From positions 10,106,001 through 10,170,000 of the forward strand of contig CM120641.1 of the NCBI GenBank assembly GCA_051362555.1: a stretch of DNA of 64,000 bases. The letters are read 5' to 3'. The position numbers and the translations under genes were made by a program. Below, in pieces: positions 62,201 to 64,000 of the stretch. This DNA comes from Lingula anatina (taxonomy: Eukaryota > Animalia > Brachiopoda). How positions within the stretch are numbered: position 1 is the stretch's first letter; each line of letters opens with the position of its first letter. The notes beneath the pieces were generated by a model, which was not told the origin of the DNA, made no database searches, and was given only the letters and a program-made list of their open reading frames with translations.

Positions 62201-63014
62201 AATATTATAAGGTTAATGTGTCACAAATGGGCAGGGAATATAACTCCAGACATCACAGTAAGAGACGTGATATGTTATCTTCATGTTAACTGATGAAATA
62301 TTGTCAATTGCACAGTCACAGTAGCACTCCTTCAACTGATTACCAAATACACTGGTCATGTTCTGATCACCTACCGGGTATTTATCATGCACTGCACCAT
62401 TATCACGGATCACTCTTAACGCACACCATTTATTATTAAAAATTATCAGGCAAAGTTTCTCATTTATTAATACTATGCAAATAATTTTGAATATCCTGGC
62501 TTTTGCACTACTACCGGCCGGGGCACATGTATTTGTGATAAGTATCTATTTGTATTACAATCATCCTGATACCAATACTAGTAATTTTATAACCCCATGC
62601 AGCTAATATAAATGTAGATCTATGCTAATTTTAATTGGAGAACACTGAACAATGAAACATTTGTCTGCTTCAAAAAATGAAAGGACACATTAAAGACTAC
62701 GTGTCTGAATTATTTATTAACATTAAAAAAAGGGTGACAAATGACAACGAGAGAAATTCGCTGTAGACTAGTATTATCACCTAAGTCAACCTATCATTCT
62801 TCTCAATGATGATTTAACAGCAGGTCAGATAGCATTTTTGATACTTCAATCATCGCTTTTATATGTACTCACCTACTGAACTGGTACGGCTATGGTTCTC
62901 TTGCATAAGTTGCGAAGAGGTCATGGTTCCCCCTAGGCTTAGTACTAGTACAGCCAGCATGTACGAGTGCATTTGAACAAGAGTAGAAAATGATAATAAT
63001 CCCTCGATTTTCAT
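56258..63014 (-). CDS. TMEM130: TMEM130-like (PMEL/GPNMB-related, PKD-type) type I membrane glycoprotein, ~464 aa. Exons: 63014-62873, 61791-61477, 60781-60440, 59936-59852, 56993-56788, 56562-56258
   Basis: Phase-consistent GT-AG exons; hydrophobic N-terminal signal (MLAVLVLSLGG); beta-rich ectodomain with many NxS/T sites and FTVSNEVS; TM segment FVPILFALMVIFIIAAAIGYTVY; cytosolic EVASFEF resembling TMEM130 EVADFDF; YGSL sorting motif near the end. Confidence 0.8.
57101..59674. mobile_element. Helentron/DINE-1-like non-autonomous element carrying an internal tandem array, in a TMEM130 intron
   Basis: Starts ACTAGAGGATCAGAGAGGCGATAC; sub-terminal inverted GTATCGCC plus hairpin CCAGCGTACACGCTGG at 59648-59667; GC-rich GGAGCCGGCGGAGC repeats near the end. 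Confidence 0.7.
57440..59030 (+). repeat. Tandem array of about 13 copies of a ~121-bp unit
   Basis: Recurring AAAAGTAGGTCAAAGGTCAATTTCAAGGTCAC...ACTTCCTATTCAAGTTCAATAGTAACTATGGACCTATCTCTGCCAGTTTTGGAGAT. Confidence 0.95.
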
Positions 63015-64000
63015 CTTCAGTTTACATCCTTGTAAATTACTCTGTTAACATTTTCTCTTGCTATATCTCTATTCAAATTGTCAAGACACAGTTACCTTCC
63101 ACAGCATTCTGCTTTCACGCATTCAAGCACCACTACTGCAGCCCGTTTTAAGACTTCAGAAGCTGAAGAGTTACATCAAAACAAAAGTGACTGTTTCACT
63201 CTTCAAACACGAAAGCGCCGAGGATTTGACGACAGGTGTTTGTTTTGCTACGTTACGCTACGTTTTGCTACGCGTTTCTCTGAAATTCTTTTAGAACCAA
63301 ATGGCAGCTGTGCTCTTCTAATAAACTCCAAACGACAAGGAGTTCTTCATGCAGGCACTGCAATATGTTGTTTTTTTAATGGCTGAGACTTCAAGTGTTA
63401 GCATTATGAATTGAATACATGCCTCACAGTGGATGTCATTTGCTGCACACCCAAGTTTGAGTGAGGTAATACTGAGAAAAAATATAACAATAAACATAAC
63501 AGACGTTGTCATTACATATTGGTATATTACACTAATCATCATACATGTAACATATTTGGCAAGAGTGATATCTTTCAAATTGCATTGAGGTAAACTGTTT
63601 TAGCACTATTGTAAGAAGTCTTTTTCTTAGCTTCTGTATTGCTTACTACACTGTATAAATGCCAGTCATTATGCAGTCTTTATGAAATATTTGACATATT
63701 GCACTAAATCGTTTTTTGTTGAGAGAAATGATGTACATGTAGGTCAATAAACTGATGATAGTTAAAGTAATAGAGATTTTGATATGTATTTTTGTTTATC
63801 AATTGAAGAATCTTGATTCCCATAGTCTGGTTCTACATTTGCTGCAAATTATTTTCAGAAGCCTTCACCCCTAGAAATAAAAATGAAAAATATTAATTAT
63901 AATAATTATTGATATTAATGAATAAATAGATTCTGGAGCAAGAAAAGGAAAGTCAAAATAGTGTATATCAAGCTAACATTTTAACATTTAAAGACAACCA

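Noticed and set aside
62213-62413. Extra TMEM130 exon (DNGAVHDKYPVGD...)
   Set aside because: No convincing phase-1 acceptor and donor pair; the flanking exons already join in frame.
420-63578. Most 60-100 aa ORFs in the supplied track
   Set aside because: Low-complexity F/I/L/Y-rich translations of AT-rich introns, or antisense shadows of real exons.

Overview
AT-rich, intron-rich animal genomic DNA (gene and repeat content suggests a lophotrochozoan such as a mollusc; inference). The ORF track is mostly noise, so I assembled genes by hand from GT-AG sites and phase continuity. (1) TRAK/Milton kinesin-Miro adaptor on the + strand, 631..35377, 17 coding exons, about 1043 aa, with at least two alternative internal first exons. 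(2) An 18-exon minus-strand gene, 52793..38004, about 790 aa, joining a divergent GHKL-type ATPase, a His/Cys motif, a coiled coil and a C-terminal C3HC4 RING. It looks like two genes but splices in frame across a 5.9-kb intron. That intron holds a decayed TTAA-flanked Kolobok-type transposon with two convergent spliced gene relics, LINE fragments, a strongly folding intronic segment, and a tRNA-Ala gene. (3) A TMEM130-like type I membrane protein on the minus strand, 63014..56258. There are also three tRNA-Ala(AGC) genes, several MITEs and a Helentron-like element carrying a ~121-bp tandem array. All calls rest on sequence reading and remembered family motifs; no database search was run.
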